Below, one piece after another: positions 1 through 8,971 of a DNA stretch of 64,000 bases. A program made the translations under genes and the position numbers. The notes beneath the pieces are model-generated. The model had not been told where the DNA came from. It saw nothing but the letters and a program-made list of their open reading frames with translations, and did not search any database. The stretch's first letter is position 1. The number at the start of each line of letters is the position of its first letter. Origin of the DNA: Candidatus Abyssobacteria bacterium SURF_5 (GTDB taxonomy: Bacteria; Abyssobacteria; SURF-5); assembly GCA_003598085.1 (NCBI GenBank), contig QZKU01000045.1, forward strand, positions 15,852-79,851. The letters run 5' to 3'.

Positions 1-840
1 TATTCCAATTCGACCTGGACGCTTCCCAGCCACGTATCCATGTTTTCCGGCCTCTTGCCGTCTGAACATAAAGTCGCGAACCAGGGCGATAAGGTTGCGC
101 CCACCTTTGATCTCTTGCCGGAAACGCTGCAGAAAAAAGGATACACAACAGCCGGTTTCGTTGAAAACCTGTGGTTGTCTGCGCCCTTCGGCTTTAGCAG
201 GGGGTTTCACGAGTACATTTACAATGCTGCTCCGCAATCGGCATTCGCAAATGCCGAAAAGTTTCTCGAATCAGCCAAAACGCCCTATTTCATCTTTATA
301 AATACCATGACGGTTCATGAGTGGTGGGCTACTCTGCGAAGTTATCCGATAACCGATGAAGGCTTTGTCGCCGCCGTCGATAATCCGGCAAGCGGGTCTC
401 TTTACGCCGAAGCCGTCAGCGCATCCGACAAACAGGTTTTCCAGTTCATTGCCGCCGTCCTCAAGCATGACCCTGAAACGCGGATCATTCTCACGTCCGA
501 CCACGGCGAAGGTCTCGGAGAATCCGAGTACGGCTATGTCTCAAAGGGTCATCATACATATCCCGTTCCATCGCAAACTCGCGTTCCGTTGATTATTTCC
601 GGCAAACCCCGGACCGAAGGAGCGCTTTTCGACTTGCGAAGCCTCAAGTCCCTCATAATTGGCGAGCCATTTCCGGCCGGCGCCATCGTGTCCGAAATCA
701 ATTACAAAGACATCCATTACACAGCCACAATCTCAGAACGTCAGTATGCAATCAAGGAGTCCGATGCCAAGCCGTCAAACGCTGACGACATTCCCCCCGA
801 CATCGCCGCCCAATTAAAAACCCTGGGATATCTGAATTAA
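1..840 (+). CDS. Sulfatase-family protein (alkaline-phosphatase superfamily), 5'-truncated by the window edge
   Basis: Open frame runs from nt 1 in the frame of the 40..840 ORF. Carries a PSEHKVANQGDK region and an SDHGEGLGE motif typical of the sulfatase C-terminal core. Stop codon at 838..840. Confidence 0.6.
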   Translation, partial: YSNSTWTLPSHVSMFSGLLPSEHKVANQGDKVAPTFDLLPETLQKKGYTTAGFVENLWLSAPFGFSRGFHEYIYNAAPQSAFANAEKFLESAKTPYFIFINTMTVHEWWATLRSYPITDEGFVAAVDNPASGSLYAEAVSASDKQVFQFIAAVLKHDPETRIILTSDHGEGLGESEYGYVSKGHHTYPVPSQTRVPLIISGKPRTEGALFDLRSLKSLIIGEPFPAGAIVSEINYKDIHYTATISERQYAIKESDAKPSNADDIPPDIAAQLKTLGYLN

Positions 841-1199
841 GAATCTTCCGCGACTCTTGTCTGAAATAATTCTTTTGGTCTTGGACAGTGCTCAATCAAA
901 GTGAAAACTGTTGGCGGATACTGAAAATTTCATTAAACCGCAAAGGCGCAGAGGCCGCAAAGACAGGATAAAAGGAGGATTCAAAAGGTCTTGTTGTGCA
1001 TTGTCTTTCTCTGCGCTCTTCGCGTCTCAGCGGTGAAAAAAAGCTTTATAAAAACAGCCTAAAACCAGTCACTCCAATCGGCTCTGCAAGATATGGGTTT
1101 TCGAGAATCAAAAAACCGTATCAGATATTGGACAGCAGTGTTTTTTCAATCCAAAGCATGTCCCGGACCTTGCCCCGGGATCGAAAATCCAAAATCCAA

Positions 1200-1253
1200 A
1201 ATAAAAAAGAGCGCCCGACTGGACTCGAACCAGCGACACGCGGTTTAGGAAAC
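1200..1253. repeat. 54-bp direct repeat (attR-like). It duplicates the 3' part of tRNA-Arg(CCU), from the anticodon loop to the 3' end plus an 8-nt trailer.
   Basis: Perfect 54/54 identity with 8972..9025 (aataaaaaagagcgcccgactggactcgaaccagcgacacgcggtttaggaaac). Flanking bases differ on both sides (1199 a vs 8971 t; 1254 g vs 9026 c). Confidence 0.85.
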
Positions 1254-1510
1254 GAGACCGTTAAAAACGGCTGATGTGCAAACGGCTCGGAGGCTTATAA
1301 ATAAAGGCTTCTGGGCCGTTTCTTTTTGGTTTGCGTCGTGTCGTGTCGGCTCGTGTCGGCGTTTTAAGCACACTCACAAGCACACTGGCATGCACACTAC
1401 TGGACACATTTTGCAGTTGATTATGGGGTTGATCCATGATAGATTATTTCTTGTAGTGCTCGGTTCATCAAGCTCCATACATCTGACCAGAAGGGAGAAA
1501 TCTACTCGGC

Positions 1511-2650
1511 ATGCCATTTGAAATTAAATTTGAACAACTGCCGGGTGGATATGTAGTAACTTCCGCTCGTCCTGGCGAGGAATGGGAGATGGAGCTTCGG
1601 GGTTTCGTCTCCTCTGAAGATGGCGATGAGCTTGTGGCCAAACTCGAAAAATTACCTCAGCAGATTCTCTCTATGCTTCCATTCAAGCCGCCTATTCTGC
1701 CATCCATGGTAGATTCACTTTTGGCCGTGATTCGGAAGGACAGGACGGCAACCATATACCTAAATGAGGCGCAATCGGTTATCTTAATTCGCATAAAAGG
1801 CTCTTGTGAGAAAGGGGAATTAATAACAAAAAATCGTGTGTTGGATATGGGGAAAATGAGATTCCCTGGGGTAGATATTCCTCCAGACGCGGCCATCATA
1901 TACGTCTTTTCTGTAGGTTGGCGCAAAGGGTTCTTCTACGACCTTGAGCCTCTATATGGAGAAAAAGCCGAACCGCGCGGTTATGACCTTGAGGATGTTC
2001 TTGGAAGTCTCTACTCATATCTATCCTTCCAGGAACGGTTCAAGATTGACAATAAGACCTGGCAGACCTTCTTTGCGCAGAAATGGTTTCCATTCGTTTA
2101 CCTCGATGATCAGCTAATCCGCGACATGATATCGCACGCAAGGGCGGGGTGGCAGATCGATGAACTGCTTCCAAAGGTATCGGCCAACGTGGGACGGCTG
2201 CTTGAAACGTCCCCCTTGATTGAGAGGAAGGACTTGGTTTTTGCTGAACATATCGAGATGCTCAAGACATCTGTTGAAAGATATCTCGCAGGCGACCACA
2301 TTAGCTGCGCTTCAATTCTATACCCGCGCATCGAGGGATTGCTTCGGTCATTCCAACGGACCTCTGGATGCACATCCTACCCAACGGCAAAGACGTTGAG
2401 CAAAACTGCCGTGGAACACCATCAAACGGCAAGGATATCAGCTTCCCTTCTTCTTCCGTCGAAATTCAACGAATATCTGGACAATGTCTACTTCGCCCAT
2501 TTTATACCCGGCTCTGCGCCCGATGTTGGGCGACATTCCGTAGCACATGGTGAGGCCCGAACGGACGACTTCTCTCTTAAAGCAACTACTGTTGCATTTC
2601 TCATCATTTATCAGCTATCGCTGTTCTTCTCGGACGAAAAGAAGAAATAG
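1511..2650 (+). CDS. Hypothetical protein (379 aa) with a C-terminal R-x4-H motif suggestive of a HEPN-type RNase fold. Possibly Abi-like.
   Basis: Long ORF with an AGGGAG ribosome-binding site ~10 nt upstream. Motif G-R-H-S-V-A-H-G at nt 2531..2548 fits the HEPN R[NHQ]xxxH signature. The rest has no recognisable family. Lies inside the A+T-rich island. Confidence 0.45.
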   Translation: MPFEIKFEQLPGGYVVTSARPGEEWEMELRGFVSSEDGDELVAKLEKLPQQILSMLPFKPPILPSMVDSLLAVIRKDRTATIYLNEAQSVILIRIKGSCEKGELITKNRVLDMGKMRFPGVDIPPDAAIIYVFSVGWRKGFFYDLEPLYGEKAEPRGYDLEDVLGSLYSYLSFQERFKIDNKTWQTFFAQKWFPFVYLDDQLIRDMISHARAGWQIDELLPKVSANVGRLLETSPLIERKDLVFAEHIEMLKTSVERYLAGDHISCASILYPRIEGLLRSFQRTSGCTSYPTAKTLSKTAVEHHQTARISASLLLPSKFNEYLDNVYFAHFIPGSAPDVGRHSVAHGEARTDDFSLKATTVAFLIIYQLSLFFSDEKKK

Positions 2651-2872
2651 TGGATTTTCTTTCGGCTCACCTTAATGCGAAGGCCACGGCCCCTCCGAAC
2701 GATGACAAAATCTGCACGAACCATGAAGAAATATGCAGGAAAAATCACGAAATATCAAGGGGTTGTCGGGGAGTAGGGTTATTGGTCGGTTTTCTGGAAT
2801 TCGACCAATCTGGTATAATTACGTGCGTTCCGCCTCAGAGCTTTTCAATTTGCCAAAGGTAAAGGAGTCATC

Positions 2873-3985
2873 ATGCTTGGCAAAAACGATCTTCATCTGG
2901 AGTTGCTTGAGGTTGCCGAGCGCTTGGAACAACTAGCTCAGGAAGGTCAACTGCCGGATGTAAAGACACCGTTAGAAGAATTGGAAGGAGCAGCAAATAC
3001 AGTTGGTAAAGCTTGGAGCGGTTCATGGATCGGATATCAATCGCGTATTTACTACTCCTACTTCAAGCCTCCGCCACCGGGGGACCATTTTAATTCATGG
3101 GCGGGAAGGGCTGATACCGACAATTGGAAAGAAGTCGATAATGAAAAGGTACAAGAGCGAATTTACGAAAAGGCTGGTAATCCAGACCTTCAGAAGGCCG
3201 AAAGAGTTGCAGAAAGGGCTAGAAAGGCCTTTGAAAGCGATAAGCTTGAAGTCATGTCACTTTTGAATCATGCATTACTGGAGCAAGAGGATTCTTTTCT
3301 TGCTCAACTGAAAGATCGAGTTGAAAAAACAAATATCACTTCAAGAATGGAATTCATTCACGCGCTTCAACCCTCTAAATTTTCTACGCTTGATGTAGTT
3401 GCAGGACAACAGGGCATTCAAATTCCTCCTCATTTATCTATACTGTCTTTAGTTTACTACTTGCGCAATACGATAGAATCATGTGCGAAATTAGGACAAT
3501 TTGCGCGGAAGGCCGGGTCGCATCTGGCACGGCTACAGCGGCAAACCCGTCGCTCGCTCGAAATAGGCACCAACGTTTTCATTGGTCATGGTCGTTCTCC
3601 GGTCTGGAGGGAGTTAAAGGATTTCGTCCAGGACCGCCTCCACCTCCCTTGGGATGAGTTCAACCGCATTCCAGTTGCTGGAGTAACCAATGTGGCTCGC
3701 CTGTCCGAATTGCTTCAATCGGCGGCAATGGCATTCCTGGTTATGACGGGTGAGGATGAGCAAGCTGATGGTACTATGAACGCACGGATGAATGTAATTC
3801 ATGAAGCAGGATTGTTTCAGGGCCGTCTGGGTTTTAACCGGGCAATCATCTTACTGGAGGAGGGTTGTGAAGGATTCAGCAACATAGAAGGGCTGGGACA
3901 GATACCCTTCCCGAAGGGGAATATCACTGCGGCCTTTGAAAAAGTGCGAGAAGTCCTCGAAAGGGAAGGATTAATTGTGTCATGA
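2873..3985 (+). CDS. Protein with an unknown helical N-terminal domain (~240 aa) and a C-terminal CAP12/PycTIR-type TIR-like (PF10137-like) domain
   Basis: C-terminal segment VFIGHGRSPVWRELKDFV...AFLVMTGEDEQ...ARMNVIHEAGLFQGRLGFNRAIILLEEGCEGFSNIEGLGQI matches, block for block, the VFIVHGHD...FAIVLLTPDD...ARQNVIFELGFFLGKLGRERV..L.EKGVEIPSD..G pattern of the TIR-like domain of CBASS CAP12 and Pycsar PycTIR effectors. AAAGGAG ribosome-binding site precedes the ATG. An extended -10 (TGGTATAAT, 2811..2819) lies upstream. Confidence 0.7.
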   Translation: MLGKNDLHLELLEVAERLEQLAQEGQLPDVKTPLEELEGAANTVGKAWSGSWIGYQSRIYYSYFKPPPPGDHFNSWAGRADTDNWKEVDNEKVQERIYEKAGNPDLQKAERVAERARKAFESDKLEVMSLLNHALLEQEDSFLAQLKDRVEKTNITSRMEFIHALQPSKFSTLDVVAGQQGIQIPPHLSILSLVYYLRNTIESCAKLGQFARKAGSHLARLQRQTRRSLEIGTNVFIGHGRSPVWRELKDFVQDRLHLPWDEFNRIPVAGVTNVARLSELLQSAAMAFLVMTGEDEQADGTMNARMNVIHEAGLFQGRLGFNRAIILLEEGCEGFSNIEGLGQIPFPKGNITAAFEKVREVLEREGLIVS

Positions 3986-4024
3986 GATTTCTGCATTTTA
4001 GATAAAAAAGGGCTGAACAAAGAG

Positions 4025-4720
4025 ATGGCGGGTTCCAAGAAATATGAACCACCGAAGGCCACAGCAGGGGATTATACGCATACGGTTGTTCGTGCAGGTC
4101 TCGGTGCGATTCCTTTAGTGGGCACTGCCGCGACAGAGCTTTTCCGTCTTGTCGTCGAACCTCCATTGGATCGGCGTCGCCAGGTATGGATGGAAGAGGT
4201 CGGGGAGAGTCTCCGAAAGCTGGATGCTGAAAAGGGAGTGCGCCTGGAGGACCTCCGGGAGAATGATACTTTTATCGATATTGTCCTTCAGGCGAGCCAG
4301 GCTGCCATGAGGACCAGCCATGAAGAGAAGCGGAAAGCTTTACGAAATGCAATCATGAATTCGGCCCTCCCTCATTCGCCCGACGAGGCGCGACAACACT
4401 TTTTCATCCGACTAATTGACGAGCTTTCGGCACGGCATCTGCAGGTTTTAAAAATCTTCCAGGACCCCTTGGAATGGGCAAAAGCAAATAAGCACGATAC
4501 TCCGATAATAGTGGGTGACAACGAAGATGCGGATTTGGCGCGAAGACTTGCCTTTCCTGATATGGGTGACGAACGCCCCTATGCTGAGCAAATATGGCGG
4601 GACTTGCATGTTCGGGGCTTGGTTAAAAGAGATTCTTTTCAAAGGGTTTTCGGTCCCGCAAAGAACGAAATAACTGTTATCGCCCATGAATTTCTCCGGT
4701 ACATCAAGGAGCCGGTCTAA
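4025..4720 (+). CDS. Hypothetical protein (231 aa), probably co-transcribed with the upstream TIR-like gene
   Basis: ORF starts 40 nt after the stop of the previous gene and has an AAAGAG ribosome-binding site. No recognisable motif. Charged and helical composition. Confidence 0.45.
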   Translation: MAGSKKYEPPKATAGDYTHTVVRAGLGAIPLVGTAATELFRLVVEPPLDRRRQVWMEEVGESLRKLDAEKGVRLEDLRENDTFIDIVLQASQAAMRTSHEEKRKALRNAIMNSALPHSPDEARQHFFIRLIDELSARHLQVLKIFQDPLEWAKANKHDTPIIVGDNEDADLARRLAFPDMGDERPYAEQIWRDLHVRGLVKRDSFQRVFGPAKNEITVIAHEFLRYIKEPV

Positions 4721-4916
4721 TACACAGAAACAGCATTTCAAGCCTCTGTCCTTTGCAGCCTCCCTCTTGCCGTACTCCCGGTATACTCGAAAGCCAGTCA
4801 GGACGCCTCCGACCAGTGACGAAATCTCCTCGAATCGTGAAGAAAAAGGCAGGAAAATTTACGGAATATGAAGGGCTTCTCGTGAAATGGTGGTTATTGG
4901 TCGATTTTCCAGGAGG

Positions 4917-7445
4917 TCAGCCTCTCTTTCGTCTCGCTGGAATTTCAATAGTGACCGGTAGCCCAATCTGAACCGCGACGGGTGTGTAAATATCAATATC
5001 CTCTTGCGGGGTATAGATAGACACAATCAAGGTGTAACGAGTCCGCCTGCTCCACCTGTTCAAATGATGCCGTTCCCGCCACCATCCTACAGACGGATAA
5101 ACAGCGATTAGATTTGATCCGGCTAAATCCGCGGCTCTTCCGTGCCAGATATCGGAGTGAATTGAACCTACATTTCTTGCCGCTCCAATGAGCCAATTTC
5201 CCCCAATACCTTCCGTGCCAGGATGCTCGCCATCGTCGCGAGCTTGTTCATTCACTCGCTGAACAAATTCGCTTTCTGATTCCCCAGGTCCATTCACCTC
5301 AAAGCGAAGTCCATGTGAGGCATATCTATATCGATCTTCCCACCCCACCTCACCTGGACTGGGCTCAATGAAATATGAGAGAGTTATCCGCATCGTAACC
5401 TGCATTGCCCCAAGTTCCGTGAGAGTATCCTTGGGCCAAGGAAGGTTGTAGAGATGCATCTCTCGGGATATGTAGCGGCTTGCTAATTTCCTCGTACCAT
5501 CACGCCCTATGGATTCCTGAATCTTCTTCTCAAAGGGTGTCAATTCTGCCTGTGAAATCAAAGTCAAAGAATTAGATAAACAATACAAAGCATCATTTAG
5601 CTTGGGTACACCATACCCACAAATTCGCAGGAGTCTTGCGTAATCACTCTTTGATCCAGCTCCGAGGAACTGCCGCTTAAGAGTGCCTGTCCAACCTGCC
5701 GAATGAACAATCAGAGCGCGAATGGTTTCTGGCCAAGCATCCGGATATTGAGCCTGAATTTGTGCAGCCATCCATGCAGCTTGTGCGCAAGCAGCGCTCG
5801 TAGCGCAAAAAGTAGCGAATTGGGCTTCTTGTGGCTTGTAATACGTTGAAAATAGTTGCAGATCATCCGGACCCATTGCGGAACCATCCGGGCTGCGCGC
5901 AACGTTCCCTCCTTCAAAAACAACCTCAGGTTTTATTGGCCATTTTCGACTAGGCCATGCGGTCGAAGTAGTACTATAAGGAGATAGTCCTCCAGATGGT
6001 GCAATTGGCTTGTAGCCTTTATATGTAGGATCACTGATCCATATCTTTTCAGTAAACGCTCCAATAGTCAAGGCGTTCCATGCCTGCCCTGGATCATGGA
6101 CCTCATTTGACAGATTCGCGTCGGAATAGTTTCGCCAATCATCGGAAGTGCTAACGTTTCCGGCGCTGATTAAGATAAGACGTCGAGTATCATCTTCGTA
6201 TCCAGAGGCTATCTCGTCCAATTTGGCTGACCAAGAAGATGGCTTGCCCTGGTCACGGGTTTGCTCGGAGGTGACAGCAATACACCCGATGCGCTTTCGA
6301 GTTGGCGCTTGAATCTCTGCAAGACTTATCCCCTGGGCCGTAAAATATCCCCATAACTCCTTGGCATTCCTGTCAGGCGGTGGTGGCAGTATTTTTGCCG
6401 ACTCTATGCAATGGGTGATGTTCACGGGAACATCGTGATCAAGAAGAAGCGACAAATCACCATACGCAGCAGTTCCCGCCATAAGAGTTCCATGACCATC
6501 ATCATCATTTGTGCCCCAATGTCCACGAACAGCGTGAAGGTCGTCGGGGTTGAGAACCGGCTGAATCAGCAAGTGCCCATTATTCACACCTGTATCAAGA
6601 ATACAGACAGCCACATCTGAGTCTCTGTCAACAATTGTACGCGCCAACAGTCTTTGCACCAACACCAACTGATCGCGGTTATCCATCTGGACGTAAAAAG
6701 AAGCTATCTTCTTGGCCCCCCTAAATTCCGCAATGTCGTCCGAGCATTCAACTAATTGTTTCAGTTGGCTGCGATTCGCCCGAATAAGCATAACTGTTCT
6801 CTCTGGAAACTTAAGAATACCTTCTTTCAATTCGCACTTCACACTTCTCAACAACGGCTCAAAATGAGAGACAACTTGATCTTGGTCGCTGCTCAGCCAG
6901 ACCTCGACCCAATCGGGGGAATTACCCGGTATAAGAGATCGCTCCTCTGGACGCCAGAAAGATTCCAAGACGGCAAGGCGAATGTCGTCAATGCTATTCA
7001 CCAGATTATAATTTTTTGGTCTCTTGCTGCGCTCGTTAATCTCAGTCGCATATGCTCTAATTTTACTTAGGAAGTAGCGGCGCTTGTTATTTGGAACGTA
7101 GACCGTTGCCAGAGTCCGCTCCAGACCTTGCTCGTCTTGCTTTCGGACATTCTGGAGACGAATTCCAGACCGTAACACATCAAGGCTCTGGACAATCAAG
7201 TCGAAACCTGGTGTACTTTGAAATTCAATGTATGTACCTTGGCGTTCCACGTAAACGGCTGTTCGACGTTGACGTTGGTCAGCTTCAGCCCAAGTCTCAT
7301 TGAGGCGCTCCTGCAGATGAGCGCTATGCTGTTCTCGGTTTCGTGGTGGAATCTTTGGAGAGCGGCCCCCTTTATTTGGGCTAGTAAATCCTTGTGTGTG
7401 GGTTGGCCCTGCCAAGAATATGTGCCTGTATCGCTCACCAGCCAT
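4917..7445 (-). CDS. Subtilisin-like serine protease (peptidase S8 domain) with large N- and C-terminal extensions; IetS-like
   Basis: Catalytic motifs ILDTGV (Asp), GHGTLMAGTAAYGD (His) and FCATSAACAQAAW (Ser, GTSxA-like). 842 aa. Start codon lies 6 nt after the stop of the upstream AAA ATPase gene. This arrangement matches the IetA/IetS two-gene module known from Agrobacterium Ti plasmids and reported as an anti-phage system. Confidence 0.75.
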   Translation of the reverse strand: MAGERYRHIFLAGPTHTQGFTSPNKGGRSPKIPPRNREQHSAHLQERLNETWAEADQRQRRTAVYVERQGTYIEFQSTPGFDLIVQSLDVLRSGIRLQNVRKQDEQGLERTLATVYVPNNKRRYFLSKIRAYATEINERSKRPKNYNLVNSIDDIRLAVLESFWRPEERSLIPGNSPDWVEVWLSSDQDQVVSHFEPLLRSVKCELKEGILKFPERTVMLIRANRSQLKQLVECSDDIAEFRGAKKIASFYVQMDNRDQLVLVQRLLARTIVDRDSDVAVCILDTGVNNGHLLIQPVLNPDDLHAVRGHWGTNDDDGHGTLMAGTAAYGDLSLLLDHDVPVNITHCIESAKILPPPPDRNAKELWGYFTAQGISLAEIQAPTRKRIGCIAVTSEQTRDQGKPSSWSAKLDEIASGYEDDTRRLILISAGNVSTSDDWRNYSDANLSNEVHDPGQAWNALTIGAFTEKIWISDPTYKGYKPIAPSGGLSPYSTTSTAWPSRKWPIKPEVVFEGGNVARSPDGSAMGPDDLQLFSTYYKPQEAQFATFCATSAACAQAAWMAAQIQAQYPDAWPETIRALIVHSAGWTGTLKRQFLGAGSKSDYARLLRICGYGVPKLNDALYCLSNSLTLISQAELTPFEKKIQESIGRDGTRKLASRYISREMHLYNLPWPKDTLTELGAMQVTMRITLSYFIEPSPGEVGWEDRYRYASHGLRFEVNGPGESESEFVQRVNEQARDDGEHPGTEGIGGNWLIGAARNVGSIHSDIWHGRAADLAGSNLIAVYPSVGWWRERHHLNRWSRRTRYTLIVSIYTPQEDIDIYTPVAVQIGLPVTIEIPARRKRG

Positions 7446-7451
7446 TTGGCA

Positions 7452-8420
7452 TTAACCTTTGTGTTTTCCGTGCGAGCTTTGTCGTTCCTTCAACATTTGT
7501 AGTAGCAAGGTTGCCTTCACCTTTCCCAAATCAGCAAGGATAACTTCTTTAATGGCGTCTCGGCAGGCTTGGTCAATCTCTGCATGACTCAACCCTTCAC
7601 TTTCGGCAAGCACGCTCTTCCACGCAAATCGTGAAGCCAAGAAACTTCCCAGTACGTTTTGCATCAAACGTCGCCGTTCGTTTTCTTTTGGCTGGTCATA
7701 GTAAAGAACGTCATCGAAACGTCGAAACAATGCTCGATCCAAGAGTTTTGGGCTATTCGTAGCGGTAATGATTAGGCTATCAGAAACATCCTGCTCGATG
7801 AATTGCAGAAATGAATTCAGAACACGGCGCATCTCTCCCACATCATTTTCTAAAGTCCTCTCACCGCCAATCGCATCGAATTCATCGAATAAGTACACCC
7901 CAAGGTCCCTCTGAACCAAGTCAAAAATCTGGCGGAGCTTTGCACTTGTTTCTCCCATAAATTTAGTTACCAGTCGATCCACCTGAATTGTATGGAGCGG
8001 CATGCGAAGCTCGTGTGCCAATACGCGCGCAGACATTGTCTTTCCCGTTCCTGGCGGGCCAACAAGCATAATTTTCCGGCGAGGCATTAGACCGTGCTCT
8101 TTGAGTTTCTGCCTTTGCCTGTACTCGTGGATTATTCGTTTTATTCGCTTCTGTAAGGCAAGGGGTAAAACCAAGGTCGCCTGAGAAACGTCCGGTTCCC
8201 CCGACAGGACAAGTCCCCGCAAATCTTGCGGAAACTTTAAAAGTGTGAGCCTATTTTCGCTGCGCGCTTCATCAACCATTTTGCGGATATCATGAGCCAG
8301 CGCGCCATGTCCCTGCTGAGCCTCGTATGCTGCAACCTGAAGTGCAATAGTGTAAAAACGTTCCGGGTCCTCACTGAAATGACACCTTATCAATGACTTG
8401 ATCTGTTCCGCAGTTGCCAT
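7452..8420 (-). CDS. AAA+ ATPase (classic AAA clade), IetA-like partner of the S8 protease
   Basis: Walker A LVGPPGTGKT, Walker B VYLFDEFD, sensor-1 ITATN and an SRH-like LDRALFRRFD. 322 aa. GGAGAA ribosome-binding site upstream. Confidence 0.8.
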   Translation of the reverse strand: MATAEQIKSLIRCHFSEDPERFYTIALQVAAYEAQQGHGALAHDIRKMVDEARSENRLTLLKFPQDLRGLVLSGEPDVSQATLVLPLALQKRIKRIIHEYRQRQKLKEHGLMPRRKIMLVGPPGTGKTMSARVLAHELRMPLHTIQVDRLVTKFMGETSAKLRQIFDLVQRDLGVYLFDEFDAIGGERTLENDVGEMRRVLNSFLQFIEQDVSDSLIITATNSPKLLDRALFRRFDDVLYYDQPKENERRRLMQNVLGSFLASRFAWKSVLAESEGLSHAEIDQACRDAIKEVILADLGKVKATLLLQMLKERQSSHGKHKG

Positions 8421-8478
8421 AAGATTCTCCGAATTTCTTTTCGCTAGCTCATGCGCGACTGCAAATGTCTATGTTCAA

Positions 8479-8507
8479 AGTGTACTTGATTTGCTGAAGA
8501 TTATCAA
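8479..8507 (-). promoter_or_regulatory. Candidate sigma-70 promoter for the ATPase-protease operon (TTGATA-17-TACACT read on the minus strand)
   Basis: -35 TTGATA is the reverse complement of 8502..8507. -10 TACACT is the reverse complement of 8479..8484. Spacer is 17 nt. About 60 nt upstream of the ATG at 8420. Confidence 0.25.
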
Positions 8508-8971
8508 ATTATTAGAGGTACAGGCGAATGGAATCATTTCATACGGCTCCTACACCCCACCTTCCTGATGCCTATGCATCATCCATTGTGAATTGGATCA
8601 GGTTCTGCTATCTTCTCCGCAGATGGACACGACGCCTTATAGAAGACATCCGACCACCTCGATGCAACATAAGCGGCTGTGTCAGCAGCGGCTGTGTCAG
8701 CATCAGCCTTCACATCTTCCTCTGTCGGCTCCTGTGCCCACAGGCGGACATTCTGCACCCTTGCCTCTCTCTTTGCCTCTAGGAAGTCCTCCTGATACTT
8801 CATTCGGCGGGAATGTTCCGCGATGCCGGTCTGAAGACGGCTGCACTGAAGCAAGGGGTTTATTCAGAGAGGCTTGGAAATGAAACAAGTACACTGACAA
8901 GCACACTCGTCCATTTTCCCACCAACCAAGAAAAATCTGCCGAGCTCACAAATAAAAATAGGGCAAAGAAT

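Noticed and set aside
996-1274. 92-aa ORF reading through the orphan tRNA-Arg fragment (also 8813..9091 and 52788..53006 reading through the tRNA genes)
   Set aside because: Their 'protein' tails (…KKERPTGLEPATRGLGN…) are translations of tRNA sequence. Artefacts of six-frame translation.
1320-1440. Short simple repeats (TCGTG)n at 1331..1365 and GCACACT x3 at 1371..1410; similar GTCCGTG repeats at 9375..9430
   Set aside because: Low-complexity oligonucleotide repeats without symmetry relative to the island ends. Probably promoter-region simple sequence, not att sites or terminal inverted repeats.
1254-8971. Search for an integrase/recombinase or excisionase inside the island
   Set aside because: No ORF in any frame shows the R-H-R-Y or serine-recombinase hallmarks. 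The only unassigned space (8421..8971) holds a 91-aa low-complexity ORF. I conclude the integrase is absent rather than missed, but this needs an HMM search.
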